A stretch of 64,000 bases of DNA from Lama glama (taxonomy: Eukaryota): the NCBI GenBank assembly GCA_028534125.1, contig CM052817.1, forward strand, positions 17,176,001-17,240,000. The letters run 5' to 3'. Shown piece by piece: positions 63,820 through 64,000 of the stretch. The position numbers and the translations under genes are program-made. Below the pieces are notes generated by a model. That model did no database searches and was not told the DNA's origin. It was given only the letters and a program-made list of their open reading frames with translations. Within the stretch, counting starts at the first letter, position 1. Every line of letters begins with the position of its first letter.

Positions 63820-64000
63820 GCTAGCCCGCCATGGCTGGGATCTCGGGCGACGCCGCGTCCGGGCGGGTTGGGCGCGCGGCAAGGCAGCCGGGGCTCAGGG
63901 CGCGCGGGGCGCCGGCCGACGGTGCGCGGGGACACCCGCCGCCTTTGGGCGCGGGGGACCGTCTGAGAGGTTTCTCCTCGCAGCCCGTCCGCTTCTTTCC
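63820..64000. promoter_or_regulatory. Edge of a CpG island (probable promoter or first exon of a gene beyond the window)
   Basis: About 29 CpGs in the last ~175 bp and very high GC, against a CpG-depleted background. Confidence 0.8.

Noticed and set aside
1..64000. The many 60-200 aa ORFs in the six-frame track as genes
   Set aside because: No recognisable protein family apart from L1 ORF2 remnants. They overlap on both strands, many use non-ATG starts and most lie in decayed repeats, as expected by chance in mammalian non-coding DNA.
1..64000. CRISPR array, operon or other prokaryotic-type system
   Set aside because: No regularly spaced repeat-spacer array and no dense coding blocks; the sequence is CpG-depleted mammalian DNA.

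Overview
Mammalian, repeat-rich, apparently non-coding genomic DNA. It is most likely from a camelid: there is a tRNA-Ala(AGC)-derived SINE head and cetartiodactyl-style L1 3' ends, and I saw no Alu, B1, BovB/Bov-tA, PRE1 or CanSINE. I could not support any intact protein-coding exon. The only ORF-track peptides I recognise are decayed LINE-1 ORF2 pieces. The window is a layered transposon landscape: ancient MIR, L2, CR1 and hAT MITEs, MaLR/ERVL LTRs, several 5'-truncated L1s, and three solo LTRs with intact TG..CA ends and 4-bp target-site duplications (TSDs). It also has a 500-N gap with duplicated flanks and the edge of a CpG island at the right end. I found no convincing new biological system. 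The best curiosities are a tRNA-Ala SINE-L1 chimera, an L1 insertion flanked by a perfect 27-bp inverted repeat, a ~1 kb AT-rich foreign-looking insert splitting a MITE, and a MER53 hairpin with a miR-1302-like sequence. Repeat family names come from my recollection of consensus motifs, and boundaries of old repeats are approximate.
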